DNA from: Sphagnum compactum
Lineage: Eukaryota
Assembly: GCA_965153455.1 (NCBI GenBank)
Contig: OZ234493.1
Span: 24,852,213-24,916,212 of the forward strand
Length of the DNA: 64,000 bases
Reading direction: 5' to 3'
Part shown: in pieces, positions 42,413-54,000 of the stretch
Layout of the letters: each line of letters begins with the position of its first letter
Numbering within the stretch: position 1 is the stretch's first letter
Made by a program: the position numbers and the translations under genes
Notes under the pieces: generated by a model
The model's input: only the letters and a program-made list of their open reading frames with translations
Databases searched by the model: none
Told to the model about the DNA's origin: nothing

Positions 42413-43970
42413 CGAGCTGAGGGCTTCTGTGCAGGTACCAAACCTGTGTACAAACTTTTACCATTTCTTGGTGTTCGTCTTGTGACCATCTTGTGTAGTT
42501 GGGGTCGTGTTTATTGAGAGTTTTTGTATGGGTCCCGCTGCTTCGGACCTGTAGTAGTTTTTTCCGCCTTCGTCTGTGGCTTTTCTTGGCGTCGAGCGGT
42601 GTCGTCTTTGGAAGTTTCGGAAATCCTTTTTTCCCATCCCTTCCTCCCTCCCACCCGGGTGCCTGCCTCCTGCAGCCCCCCTTACAGAGACGTAAAGCGT
42701 TTCGGCAAGGTCGTAACATGCACGTAGCAGTTCGTGGCTGCACTTGAACAAAAACCCGAGCGATTATGGAGGATTTTTCTGTGTTGCAGGTCCAAGAAGA
42801 GCAGGTAAGTGTGCTGTTCTTCTCTCTCTCTCTCTCTCGGAGTTAAGCTTTCCGTTAGGGTCCTTTTCATCAGTTTGTCCTGATTTTTTCTCCCCGTTCT
42901 GGTTACGGACTCCCTCCTGGTGCTACATTAGGTTCTGTCGAGTCGCAGTGTGTGGACTGCACTGCATGGTCGGTGTTCAGTGTCTTGTGAGTTGCCTCCA
43001 TGTATGTTGTGGAGGAGGAGAAGGAAATGGATTAGGCGTTTATTATTTTCTTGTTTGTCGTTTTAGGCTAGTATAGTCGGGCTTCTTAACATGCTCTGGA
43101 GTTGGAGTCAATTATGGCTTCTTTGTTGCTAAGGTATGGCTGCCTCCAGGCTGGAAAAATACGAGGGTTTCTAAATGCTGCTCGGAGATGCTTATGTTGT
43201 ATACATATAAAGAACTTATATACATGACAGAGTGAGGATCTCAGTCCTGTGATCTTTTCCTGTTTTTGTTTATTATCACCTGCCCATGCGCTCTCTTAGA
43301 AATCATACCATGGGAATGCCTTGGATTTGAATTTGGCTTTTAAATGCCTTCTTAAGTGGGTTAGCTGTTCGAGCCCACATTATATGTAGCAGCAGGAGTT
43401 TCTTGTTACCTTTACTGTCTTGAGCTGCTTTTGTGGTGTTATTTGCTTCTGTTTGCTGAGAGGAGGTGGAGAAGGGTTTTGTTTGGCTTATGACCCTGCA
43501 TTTTATGTTTGTTATGCTGCTAAAACCTTTTTGGACCTTTAAGAAAGGATGGCTCTGGGTCATAACATCCAGCATGCTGGTGTTTACCTCTGCCACACAG
43601 TGTATTGCACTAATGTATGGACATGATTCCAATACTGATGAACCTGCCAGCAGATGTTTTTATTTGCATGACCTTGGTGGTAAGTGCTTCCACTAGATAG
43701 CTGTCACAGAACATATGTGTGGATTTCATTGCAGCTCTTGTATCTCCTGGTCTTGGCTTTTGGCCAGTATGGTGTTCTTAAGGCAGCCGCGTGCTTTTCT
43801 TATACTGTTATTGGTATTGAAAGCAAAGCTTGGAAGTTATGGTAGATTGGGAAGGATCTCTCAGACGTTTTCTCTGTTGGGTGTCCCTGCCTGTACTAGC
43901 AATTTTTGCCAAGATGGAAGTCACACTGCAAGTTTCTTTGTTGCAGGGTGAGGTGACTGAAGTGTTGGAG
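42290..43970 (+). other. Spliced 5' UTR of the Tudor/AT-hook gene (GA-rich exon 1, 15-nt micro-exon 42790-42804, exon resuming at 43947)
   Basis: GC-rich leader with (GA)n. Donor GCAG|GTACC at 42435, acceptor TTGCAG at 42789, donor CAG|GTAAGT at 42805, acceptor TTGTTGCAG at 43946. The transcription start is approximate. Confidence 0.55.
42372..42406. repeat. (GA)n microsatellite in 5' UTR (potential BBR/BPC GAGA-binding site)
   Basis: Uninterrupted AG run. Similar runs at 42821-42838, 58215-58238 and 59050-59068. Confidence 0.9.
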
Positions 43971-46900
43971 ATGGACCACCAGCTTATCTTCTCATCTACA
44001 ACTTCAGAGGTGGCAACAGCTGCATCAGGGGAGCCGGCAGTGTTGGTTGAACATTCTACACAGCAAGTGGCAATTACAACAGTGAATTACAATCATACTG
44101 GTATGTTCACTTCCAATTGAGTAGGATGAAATGTGTGCTAGGTGGTTCCAATGATTGTCCACTACTCACAGAACTTGGCTTTTCATTTCTGGATGTTTGC
44201 AAACTAATATAGATTTTGTACCACTTTAGACCTCTTTTTTGACAAATGATTCACATGGTTTTGGATTTTGCAGAAAACCATGGAAATGGCAACAGTGCAC
44301 TGGAGGCAAGCCAGGTTGGTTTTCCAGATTGATTTCAAGTTGTCAAGGCAATTTCCTTTCAACTGTCACCTTGATAATGCTGATATTTTCTTTTACATAC
44401 TTTTCTCTATAATGGAAAGTGTGACCATAACATCATGATATTTCAAAAAAATATGCAGGGGGGTCTGACAGAAGTGAGCTATGGAGATGGTGAGGCATTG
44501 ATAGGTCGGTCAGTTGTTAAAAAGTTTTCAAGAAAGAAGTACATTGGTCGCATTGTGGACTATGATCCTAATACAAGGTGGTACAAGGTACTCAGTTACC
44601 CCTCACATCTAGTGCACTTTATGTCTGCCAAAGACAGAAGTGCTTCATAAACCTGGAGATCTTGTTGCAAAAGCCATGTGCAAGCAAACTATTCCTGCAG
44701 CACAGTAATTGTTACAAAAGTTTTAGTCTTCAAAGAGCTAGAAATGTTACCTAATTCTGTTGTCACTGTGTTGCTGTTAAACATATATGGGACAGAATGT
44801 GGTTTCTTTGCCAGAGCTTCATGCTATAGAGACTATCACATTGTTGTGATTCCTTGTTCTCCATGGATGAACCTCAGAGGTTGTAAATTTTACAAGCCTG
44901 TGCAAGTTTGTTCCAGTGAAATGGTGTGATATTTTTGCAGGATTTTGATGTTCAGAATGTTGATAGCCATAGTATCTCTTGGCTTGGCTGTGATTCTGGA
45001 AATCTATAAAAGCTCATTATGGAGTTTGTTATTGTTTCTGTTTGCCATCCAGGTTGTCTATGAAGATGCTGATGAAGAAGAGTTGGAATGGAAAGAGCTC
45101 GAGCCAATTCTTGTACCACTTAATGGTTCTCTTCCAGCTGCTTCTAAAAAGAGATCTCATCCTGCAAGTGTAACTGATGCCAAGGAGAAGAGGTGAGTTT
45201 GGGACATAGCTGCATCTTCATGCTTCTGATATTTTGACTCTCTGGTTTGGTCAAGGTTATGAAGAGTTCATCAATCTTGATTGCTGTAAGCTTGGGATGC
45301 TGTCCACCATCTTTGCTTGCCTGTTGCACTAAATGCTTCATAAGGGTAGTCTGCACAGCTGTACATTTGTAAGCAAGATTCTATGCATGTGGTCAAATTT
45401 TCAGCTGAAGAGCCTGTGGGGCCTTATGGTGGCCTGTCAAGTTACAAGTGATTTATTTGCAAGATTCATTTGAGTTGAGGCATGTCTTTATCAGGCTTGT
45501 CTAGACTACTATGAGCGCTGTCATTGCACTGTCTGATATCCCACACCTTGTTAACAAGAATACATTGTTATGGATTTTGTTCTTGGGCTGTGTAGTACCA
45601 AAGAGAACTATGAGGGTTTTTGTTTTCTGCGGTGATCTCAAAAATCCTCCAACTCATGGTGCAGAAGCTGCTTTTCCAAAGAAAAAGTGGTCGTACTTCA
45701 AGGCAGAGTTGTGTCATTCCATTTGCAGATCCCTGTGTTGACTGTGCTGTCCTTAGGCCTTCTTCCTTTCTGCTATTTTAAAATCATTTCAATGGTCACA
45801 AAACGGTTGCAAAACTGACAAGTGAAGTCTGCTGTGGTTGCTCTCTCAGTCCAGCTAAAAGGCCACGAGGAAGACCCCCCACGGTGGGCAAAGTTAAGCC
45901 ACCAGCCAAGTTGAAGACACCAAAGAAGATAACGAGGATACCAAAGGCACTGAAGGTGAAGACCAAGGAAGGTAGGTCTCAGAAGCCAGGCAAGACAAAG
46001 ACTCTCCCCTTGAAGAAGTGGCAAAGTCCTGTCAAGGAAGGTAAGCAGAGAGTGGCAGAGGTTTCAGGAACAATCTCAACTGCAAAGAAAACAGGTTCAC
46101 CACAGACTCAGAAAGCAGGGCCCAGAAAAGTCGGTAGACCCAAGAAAGCAGGTACCAGAAATGTTGGTAGACCTAAGAAAGCAGGGCCCCGAAAGGTTGG
46201 TAGACCCAAGAAAGCAGAGTCCATTGAGCCACAATTGAAGAGAACGGTGGGAAGGAAGAGGAAGCTTGACGTAAAAGATGCTGGAGACAGTTCTTCTGAA
46301 ATCAAGCCTTCAACCCGCAGAAGCAGTTTAGTAACAGACCAGGATGTATCAATTTCAGGGGCTAAAGCAGGTGCAAAAGAAGGGGCTAAAGCAGGGGCAT
46401 CACTGATTGGAAGAAAGACAAAGAAGAAGTTTGGAACCAAGTACTTTGGTGGAGAAGTGATTGGATTTGATACAAAGGCAAACTTTTACAAGGTGAGAGC
46501 TATTCATTCTTGGTTTTCTTTTAGACAGGTGAAGTTGTGGCAGTGGCTGAATCTTTCTACAATTGCAAATTTCTAAACTGACTCCTTATCTGGAAAGAAA
46601 ATGGAAGAGAAAAAGAGAGGAGCTGTGCATTAAGATGAAAGGTGTTCCACACATAAACTGAATTTGATTTCTGAGATGTCATAATCTCATCTATTTCATG
46701 CTGAGTGGTTGCCAAATAATGGCAGGGTTTTTTGGGGCTGTTGCAGTGTAGGAGTCATCTAGCAAATTTGTAGTTGGTTGATTTGTCTTGATGTTCCACT
46801 AGACAGTAGTGAATCCTCTAGATGTGATTGTAATGTCAAGAGACTGATATGTAGTAGTGTTTCGAATTTGTTGCTGGAGAATTCTCCAAAGTAGTTGCTT

Positions 46901-48408
46901 GTTACTGAGTATTGATGGCTACATGCAGTTTGTTTGTATTTAACTCCCTAACATCAATCTTTTGTGAGTTTATGTTTCTGAATGTACATGAGATGGCAAG
47001 AATTTGTTAAGGAAAAAGTAGCATCTGTATGTGATAGGTCCGATATGAGGATGGCGACGAAGAAGAACTTGAGTTGAAGGAAGTTGAAAGGACATTGGTT
47101 GTAGAAGAACAGCTGGCAGCAGCAAAAACAAGGCGACAAGCATTTAAATCAAATGGCCTGGGATCTCCACTAAAGAAGCAAAAGGTCGTCTCTCCAAAGA
47201 AAGATGCAGGGAAGAGGAAGAGTCCAGCTCAGCCCCAGAGGTATCTGATTACTTTGGCACAATCATGCCCAACATATGTTCTGAATAGACAGAAAGACAT
47301 TTTTTGACATCATGCACCATTGGAATATGTGTCTGTCAGATTGTGACTCTAGAAAAAATCTGTCTCAATCAAGGGTTCCTCTTCAGTTAAAGAGGACCTT
47401 GGTAAATCTGTCTGGTGAAGGTGTAATGTTTCAAAGGAGGTGTCCTGCCTAATTTGTTTATCATGTTCATTTCTCTAGTCTACACCTGTGCGCACCCTTA
47501 TTGTGACTAATTGAAGACTTGTGTTGTAGAAAAGGAGCCATTGCAAGGAGACGTGGCCGCCCACCAACTAGGTAAGCTATGTATTGGGACAAGGGTCAAC
47601 ATTCTGGAGACAAGTTTCTGTACTGAAGTGTCCCAGTTGCTCTCTCCTCACAACATGGCTTCACTACCACAGTTTTCAGTGTCGAACTGGGGTAGTATGT
47701 GTTTGCTGTAGTTTATGTTAAGCATCATAGTTCTGTTAGGTGCAACAGGGAGTGGTGGATGTGTTTACATCTTTTTCATAGCTAGATGTGATGCAGTCTC
47801 ACAATGTGGCAAGTTGTATGACCTTCTGTTCATAGCATTCATATCCAGAGGAGCAAGGAGCAAATGACCTTACATTCAACCTTTTGAGTAGTGGAGATGA
47901 GTTGCTTGAGTGGAGATTGTGAATAGGAATGAAGACCATTGGCATGTGTGTCAGGCTGCTCTTTTTCTGAAATTGCATGTGACCTTCAGATTTGGGACTT
48001 GGAATAAAGTGGAAAGACTGGGAGTCTTATATCACAGTCTTACAGTGCAATTTGCAGTTTAATTTGATCAATTGGTTTAGTTACAGTGTCTCTCCAGTAG
48101 ATTTGTATTCTGATGGACAAAAGACTAAGAACCCAGAGTTGCAAGCATTCTTTGGACCTAGGGTTGTTAGCTGTTGGTTCCTTCTTTTATATTTCTCTCA
48201 TTGTGGTCTAGGTGGGGAAGATACTGTCCAACCATGAAAACAGAGGACTGATTTGGAAGAAGCTTCTGCTAATTCTTTGACCTTTTTGTGAAGAAGCCTT
48301 TGGTTAGATATCTTTTGTAAATCCCTGAGATAATAAAATTATTTGAGGTTCATTTTCTGGATTATTGAACACCTTGCATGTTTTCAAACACAATTTATCA
48401 GGAGCTAG
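43971..48408 (+). CDS. Nuclear protein with two PTM/DIR17-like Tudor domains and multiple AT-hook motifs (~444 aa)
   Basis: Exons 43971-44100, 44274-44314, 44459-44587, 45053-45192, 45850-46492, 47038-47240, 47530-47571, 48402-48408. All are GT-AG and phase-consistent (1335 nt). If the last intron is retained, the stop is TAA at 47573-47575. Tudor 1: LIGRSVVKKFSRKKYIGRIVDYDPNTRWYK|VVYEDADEEELEWKELEPIL. Tudor 2: LIGRKTKKKFGTKYFGGEVIGFDTKANFYK|VRYEDGDEEELELKEVERTL. AT-hooks: KRPRGRPP, three (K/N)VGRPKK, RRRGRPP. Confidence 0.85.
46111..46217 (+). repeat. Intragenic 33-bp tandem repeat (3 copies) encoding KAGPRKVGRPK AT-hook-like units
   Basis: GAAAGCAGGGCCCAGAAAAGTCGGTAGACCCAA / GAAAGCAGGTACCAGAAATGTTGGTAGACCTAA / GAAAGCAGGGCCCCGAAAGGTTGGTAGACCCAA, then GAAAGCAG. 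Confidence 0.9.
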
Positions 48409-50290
48409 TCATGAAGATGAAGACTGAGATGAAGATAGTGAGAAAGATGATCATAACAGATTTCTCAAGATCAAGTCACCGGGCTGCAATAGCTTCAAGT
48501 GGGCCAGGCTCCTCTGCACTTCTAGCTCCTGTCTGAAATGCTTGTGCAGACACTGAAATTGTTGAGTACTTTGGGTTGGGTCCAGTCAAATTAGCTCAAG
48601 ATGTTCCAAGCTTGTTGCAGTCAAATCAGTTACCAAGTTCTTACTCTGATCATCAATTGAACAGTAAGTTCTGACCACACTCTCAGTCCTGTGCTTTTCA
48701 ATAGCTGACACCTTATGGTTTCTGCGAGATGTTATTATGGTGAATATTCAGAAGTTGATTTATGTTTTGCTGATCAGAGTCCTATAAAGTGATTGCAATT
48801 TCTACAGTGGTTTGCTGGAAATTTCATCAGCTCGATGCTCCAAGTGTCAAGTCAGGCCTGGCATTTGATGGACCTGGCCTTCCATTTTAAAAAGATCTGG
48901 TTGTAGACCTATTAATATGATGACCTGGAAAGTCATGCGGTGTTGTTGCCAATTCTTTGGACCAGGCTCCAACTTGAAGTAGGGGGCGAGGTTATATGTG
49001 GATGATCTGTCCTTGACTCAATTCTTGTCATGTTGGATTTGGATTTTAAGCTGCTGCAAAACTGAACATCTTCAAATTCTTATCATAGAGTTCCTGTGCA
49101 ATCTCATTGACATAAGTAGTGACAGATCTGGAGGCTTATTTTGTATAGGAGAAGAGCCATTTTTGCGTTTTGAGTTGCCGGGGATTAGGGTAGGAGCCTG
49201 AGTTCCCTCACAGGCACCAAGAAACACAGAATGGCTGAGAGACCAGCCCTTCTCATGTGTAAAGATTATGTGTTTTTTTGAAACAGATTATGGATTTTGA
49301 AGTGTAAGATTTCACCCCTTGTGAGGGGATGGATATTTCTAACAAGAAGTCAATAATTTTGAAATAACTACCTCCATTTTATAACTACCTCACTCTTTTT
49401 CTCTCTCAAATTTCAGGTGGAGTTAAAAGGTAGTTACAAAAGAACCAACAACAACGACAACAACAACAACAACGCCAATCGACAGCAATAACGGTTGCAA
49501 AGTGCTATAACAACCCCCTTTTGCAAACTTTACCTTTCACATGCCTCATGTCCATTCCCACTACCACTGTCTGCTCTGCTCTGCTCTGCTCTGCTCTACA
49601 CTCTTGGAACAATATTATACGGACCTGCTGCTTCTTCTGCAGCACTTTTGTATCATCACGCTGTTTCTAACAACACAAGAATTGCTGGTAACAAAATTAA
49701 CATGCTGTGTGGATGTCCTACTACTTCCCCATCTTGAGTACAATAATAATATTCTTGCTGCTGCAGACTTGGTATCATCACAAAGCTTTTTGTTCTTTTG
49801 CTGCTGCAACAACTGAAGAAGAAAATTTGCTCGTGGTGATGATGATGATGATCATCATTACTATGCATTGCTCTGGATTTTGTTTCTGTTTTGTTGAGTA
49901 TAATATACCTGCTGCTGCACTTGTATCAGCACTCTAATTGTTAGAACTTTGGTGTAACAACAAAAACAAGAGAAAAAAAAAACAACAACAGAGGAAGAAT
50001 TGATGCTACCAGTGATCTGAAACATGCATGCTCTGAAAAACATTTATTACAGTTTTTTTAGTGAGTACATTTGTGTTATGCCACAAAAATCATTGCAGCA
50101 ATTAATTTGATGGCCCAAAGATCCTGGTGCTTTCATGCATGCGTTTGTTGTGCACTTTGCATTCAAGAATGAAAATTGTGATCCGTGGTGCAAGAATGTT
50201 TTCCTGGAGTGTGTGGAGTATGTCGATGGAAAGGGAAGGTGAGATTGAGAATGGTGATGATATGAGAAAAGTGTAAGATCGTGAGCTGTG

Positions 50291-50520
50291 AATTCGGAGG
50301 ATGCGGTCAGAATGAAGAGGAGGACATCAGTAGAGGATGCGACCATAACAAACAGGGAATCGGAGAATGATGTGACAATGGAGAAGAGGACATCAGACCT
50401 GCGACAATTAACAGGGAATCGGAGGATGATTTGGCAATGCAGAAGAGGACATCAGTCAAGGATGCGACGATCATGAACATGACATCGGAGGATGATGTGA
50501 CAACAATGAAGAAGAAGACG
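50291..50520 (+). repeat. Coding-like 66-bp (22-aa) tandem repeat, ~3.5 copies, one copy shortened by 7 bp
   Basis: Unit reads N-R-E-S-E-D-D-V-T-M-x-K-R-T-S-V-x-D-A-T-I-x. Anchors AACAGGGAATCGGAG at 50351 and 50410 (59 bp apart) and AACATGACATCGGAG at 50476 (66 bp apart). The shift links ORFs 50288-50476 and 50431-50889. Confidence 0.7.
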
Positions 50521-51038
50521 AAGACAGTAGTCACTGTAGCAATTGAAAGCTCATTAACAGATTTAAAGTCGCGGAGGACATTAATATCAGCGGCGGCGGC
50601 GGCGTCTCCATGTAGCGAGGGAGCTGCGATCGTCAGGAAGCGAAGAAGTGGGACGGGTTCATTCGAGGACTGCCTTTCACAACGCATGCTGGAGTATAAA
50701 ACCCTGCGGCAACAAAAAATCGCCAATGCATGTGCCTTTTGCTTGCACCAGTGCCATGAATCTCCTTCTACTCTCCAGACTTGCTATGCCAAAACTAGCA
50801 CCCCTCCCTCACACAGGCTACATCTACATGTCCCACCTCATTCAAACCGCAAACTCTCTTTGTCTCTTGATCACTACACTCACAGATAAGAGACTTTCCT
50901 AGCTCAGAGTAATCAATCATGTAGAGACAAAACAGGTTTCGATTCATAAGAAGACTTGAAGAAGAAGAAGAAGAAGAAGAAGAGGCTCGGATGAAAGAAA
51001 GTGGTGTGTCTTTGTGACAGATAGTCGCGAGAGTGAAG

Positions 51039-54000
51039 ATGAGCCCGAGATCATCAATCAAAGGGACACGCCAGAAACAATCCAAGTTGTGGCAGTTGCC
51101 TGTAAACTCGAAGCAAAGTTCGCTTCTTGTAAAGCTCAAGAAACGGATGTTGGAGCGCAAGCTGAAACTGAAGCGATTCACCACCAATCACCTCTTCGAC
51201 AATGTTTTCGCTGTGAGTACGATGACCTTTCTTGTTCACAATTTTACTGCCTCCTTTTCCTCCAAACAGTTCAAGAATTTCAGTCGCATTGATCATGCAT
51301 GACGCCTGCACCACCACCGGGCACTAAGAGTTCACTATAAGTAAGATTCCCTAGTCCCGGGTCGAGACGTTCTAGGTTCCTGAAGACGAGGAGGAGACGA
51401 GGTATGAGCCGCTCCAGGATTCAATCATGGCTGCAAGCAAAGAGGAGTTGGTAGCCCGGGAAGTCATCGCCAAAACAGCACACAAACTCTTCAGGTAACG
51501 CACAGCTATCCACTGTCAGTCAGTCAGTCAGTCAGTTACAGCCATCATCCCAACAACAGTGTGAGCATCAAAGCACTGCATGTTTGGATATGACGCTGTG
51601 TGGGTGTCCATTTTGCTGGCTTTTTCTGTCATTCAGAGTTACTCTAGTTCTTGTTTTTGGAACATTCTTCAAGGTTATTTTTTGGGATGCAGAAAACAGC
51701 AGGGGGTGTGGTCTCAGCTAGGGAAGCCATACGAGTGTCTGGGTATCCCCGATGATGTTAGATTCTCCAACTTACAACATCCAAGATCAGAAGAGGCTCC
51801 CAAAGACAAGGGCAATCATGGTAGTAGAGCTTTCAACAGCTTCCAAGAGAAGCAGCCTGATCATTCAGGTAGCAAGTGGGTGAAGAAGAACGATTCAGGC
51901 CTCGAGAGCATTCCAGAAACCATCAGCTGCATACCGCAATCCAGGAGGAGGAAGGAGCTCCTTCAGAATTATGCAAATGCCAGTTCACAAATGTCTCGGA
52001 TGCTGATGAAAATGGGTCTTGTAGATTTTCATGGTTGTGCACTCAACCTCCTCTAAATCATACATAGGTCTGCTTCATCATAAATTCCAATTCAATTCAA
52101 GGAATTCATACAGTTGAGGAGTTGACATTGAATGTCTGAAAATATGGACATGCATCATGTGGGCTGACAGATTCAAATCATGTGAGATTTCCACGGTCGT
52201 CCATTGTGGTTGCAGAAAGCATCAGGAAAACCATCAAGGTCTGAAGAAAGCATGCCACATGGGCCTGCATCTTGTTGGTCCTTATCAACATTCCTGACAT
52301 CTAGCTAGCACGCATGATCTATTCAAATTCGTCTTCCCTGATCTGAGCTTGCCTAAGTGCCTCGCTCATCATACACTGACAGTCTGACAATAGAATTGCA
52401 GCATCAAATTTATTGTGACTTTGGATCTTTAGCTTCTTGACATGGAGTGTTTATTGGATCTTGACTCAAGTTTGTGCAGGAAGGAGGAGCTTTTCCAGAG
52501 GAATTGGCTTCAGGGATGATGGCGTCCAATGCACGAGAGCTTTCTCAAATGCCTCTTGAAGGTATGTATGTAGCTCTCAATTTGAATGGTGACTGACTGC
52601 CATGAGTTGATGATTCCATACTTGTGAAGTTGGGGTCTTCCTTCTTCTCATCTTTGGAGTTGAAAGAAAGATTATAGGAGTGAATGGTGAAGTGTACGCG
52701 TAGGTTGGGGGTTTCTACAGGAGAGCAATTCATCCTTGGGATGCATGGTGAAGCCATCCAGTTCTTAGCAAAGTAAGTTCAAGCTTTCTTAAATTCTTCA
52801 TCTTGCTGTTTCTTTGTGATGTTCATGGTGAGCACTTTTCTATACTCTGTGAAGCTCATTTTTCCACTTCCAAGGAACTATGGCCAAATGTTTCTCACTC
52901 TTTCGGGTCGCAGCAGTTGCTGATTTTGAAGATGTATGATGACTCTTTAGAGCCCTGGCAACCAAGTAAAGCTGAAAGTAAGTAGAAGTTGAGTAGAAAA
53001 ATGCAGCTGATGGTGGTCACCTTTCAAGCCTCCTTTTGTGGTTCCAAATCACACTTCAGCTCCACTTTTTACATGTTTGAACACAGGATTGGCACCCAAG
53101 AGGGTGGTTTTGATTGTGGTTGAACTGCACCAGAGTCTGAATATTTTCCCATCTCTTCCCATGGCAGAACTAGTGCATCATCCTTCAGATGCAGACATTT
53201 TCTCAATCCCAATCCACCACCATTCCAGTGGCAAGAAAGATGTAGATCAAGCAAGTGTCAGTCAGGCTTTGATCTGGGGACAGGATATCAACCAAGTTGA
53301 AGTGTTTAGAGTTTATGGTTTAGGATTTAGTGTTTGTGGGTCTTTTTAAGGGCTTGGCTTTTGCAATTTGAAATGGAGGGAAACTTCTTCACTTTGGCAG
53401 CAAAATAGCACAGCAGACACTCAAGCATAACATGTGCATGTGATGTGATCCAAGGACAAATGTGCATGTGATGTAATCCTGCAGTTCTACAACACCACCT
53501 GCAACAGAACTGGTATACCCCAAAAAGCTTTACTTTCAGCTCATTTTGCTTATCCTCCTTCCTGAAGTACTTCAACCCATCTTTCATTGCACATGAACCT
53601 GAAAACTCAATACTTTTGTTGGCTTTCATGTCAGTTTTTGGATCATTTTTGTGTGATTTTCTCTGTCATCTTCCTGAAATAGTATACACATCAGTTGCAT
53701 ACAACAAGAACATAGATAGAGCATAAGGACATGAACCACAGATTGATTAAAAACTGGATATTATAAATTGAAACTTTTATTTTCAGAGAGTCAAATTTCC
53801 TTTGCTTGTAACGAGGATTTTCCTCTCTGTAAACATGTGAACATGGTCAGTATAGTACTGTTACTGGAAGAGGAGTTGGGTGGTTGCTGATTTAGTTTTT
53901 CTTTTGTTGCTAATTTAGATTTGAGAAATGACAATGCTGCACAACAGGGTGTTGATAAGATTAGTGGGGATGGATCAGCACCTTCCCCGCTCTTGAATAA

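Noticed and set aside
41912..43076. Overlapping ORFs on both strands (up to 165 aa)
   Set aside because: GC-rich promoter, 5' UTR and intron sequence with GA/CT microsatellites that suppress stop codons.
46108..46440. Minus-strand 110-aa ORF (AFLGLPTF repeats)
   Set aside because: Antisense shadow of the AT-hook exon.
49440..50050. ORFs with Q/H/M/C runs
   Set aside because: Produced by (AAC)n, (CTCTG)n and (GAT)n microsatellites; no gene structure found.
52875..52977. Candidate extra exon ELWPNVSHSFG...PSKAE with GTAAGT donor
   Set aside because: Not in phase with exon 52721-52772, so left out of the model. It could still be an alternative or damaged exon.
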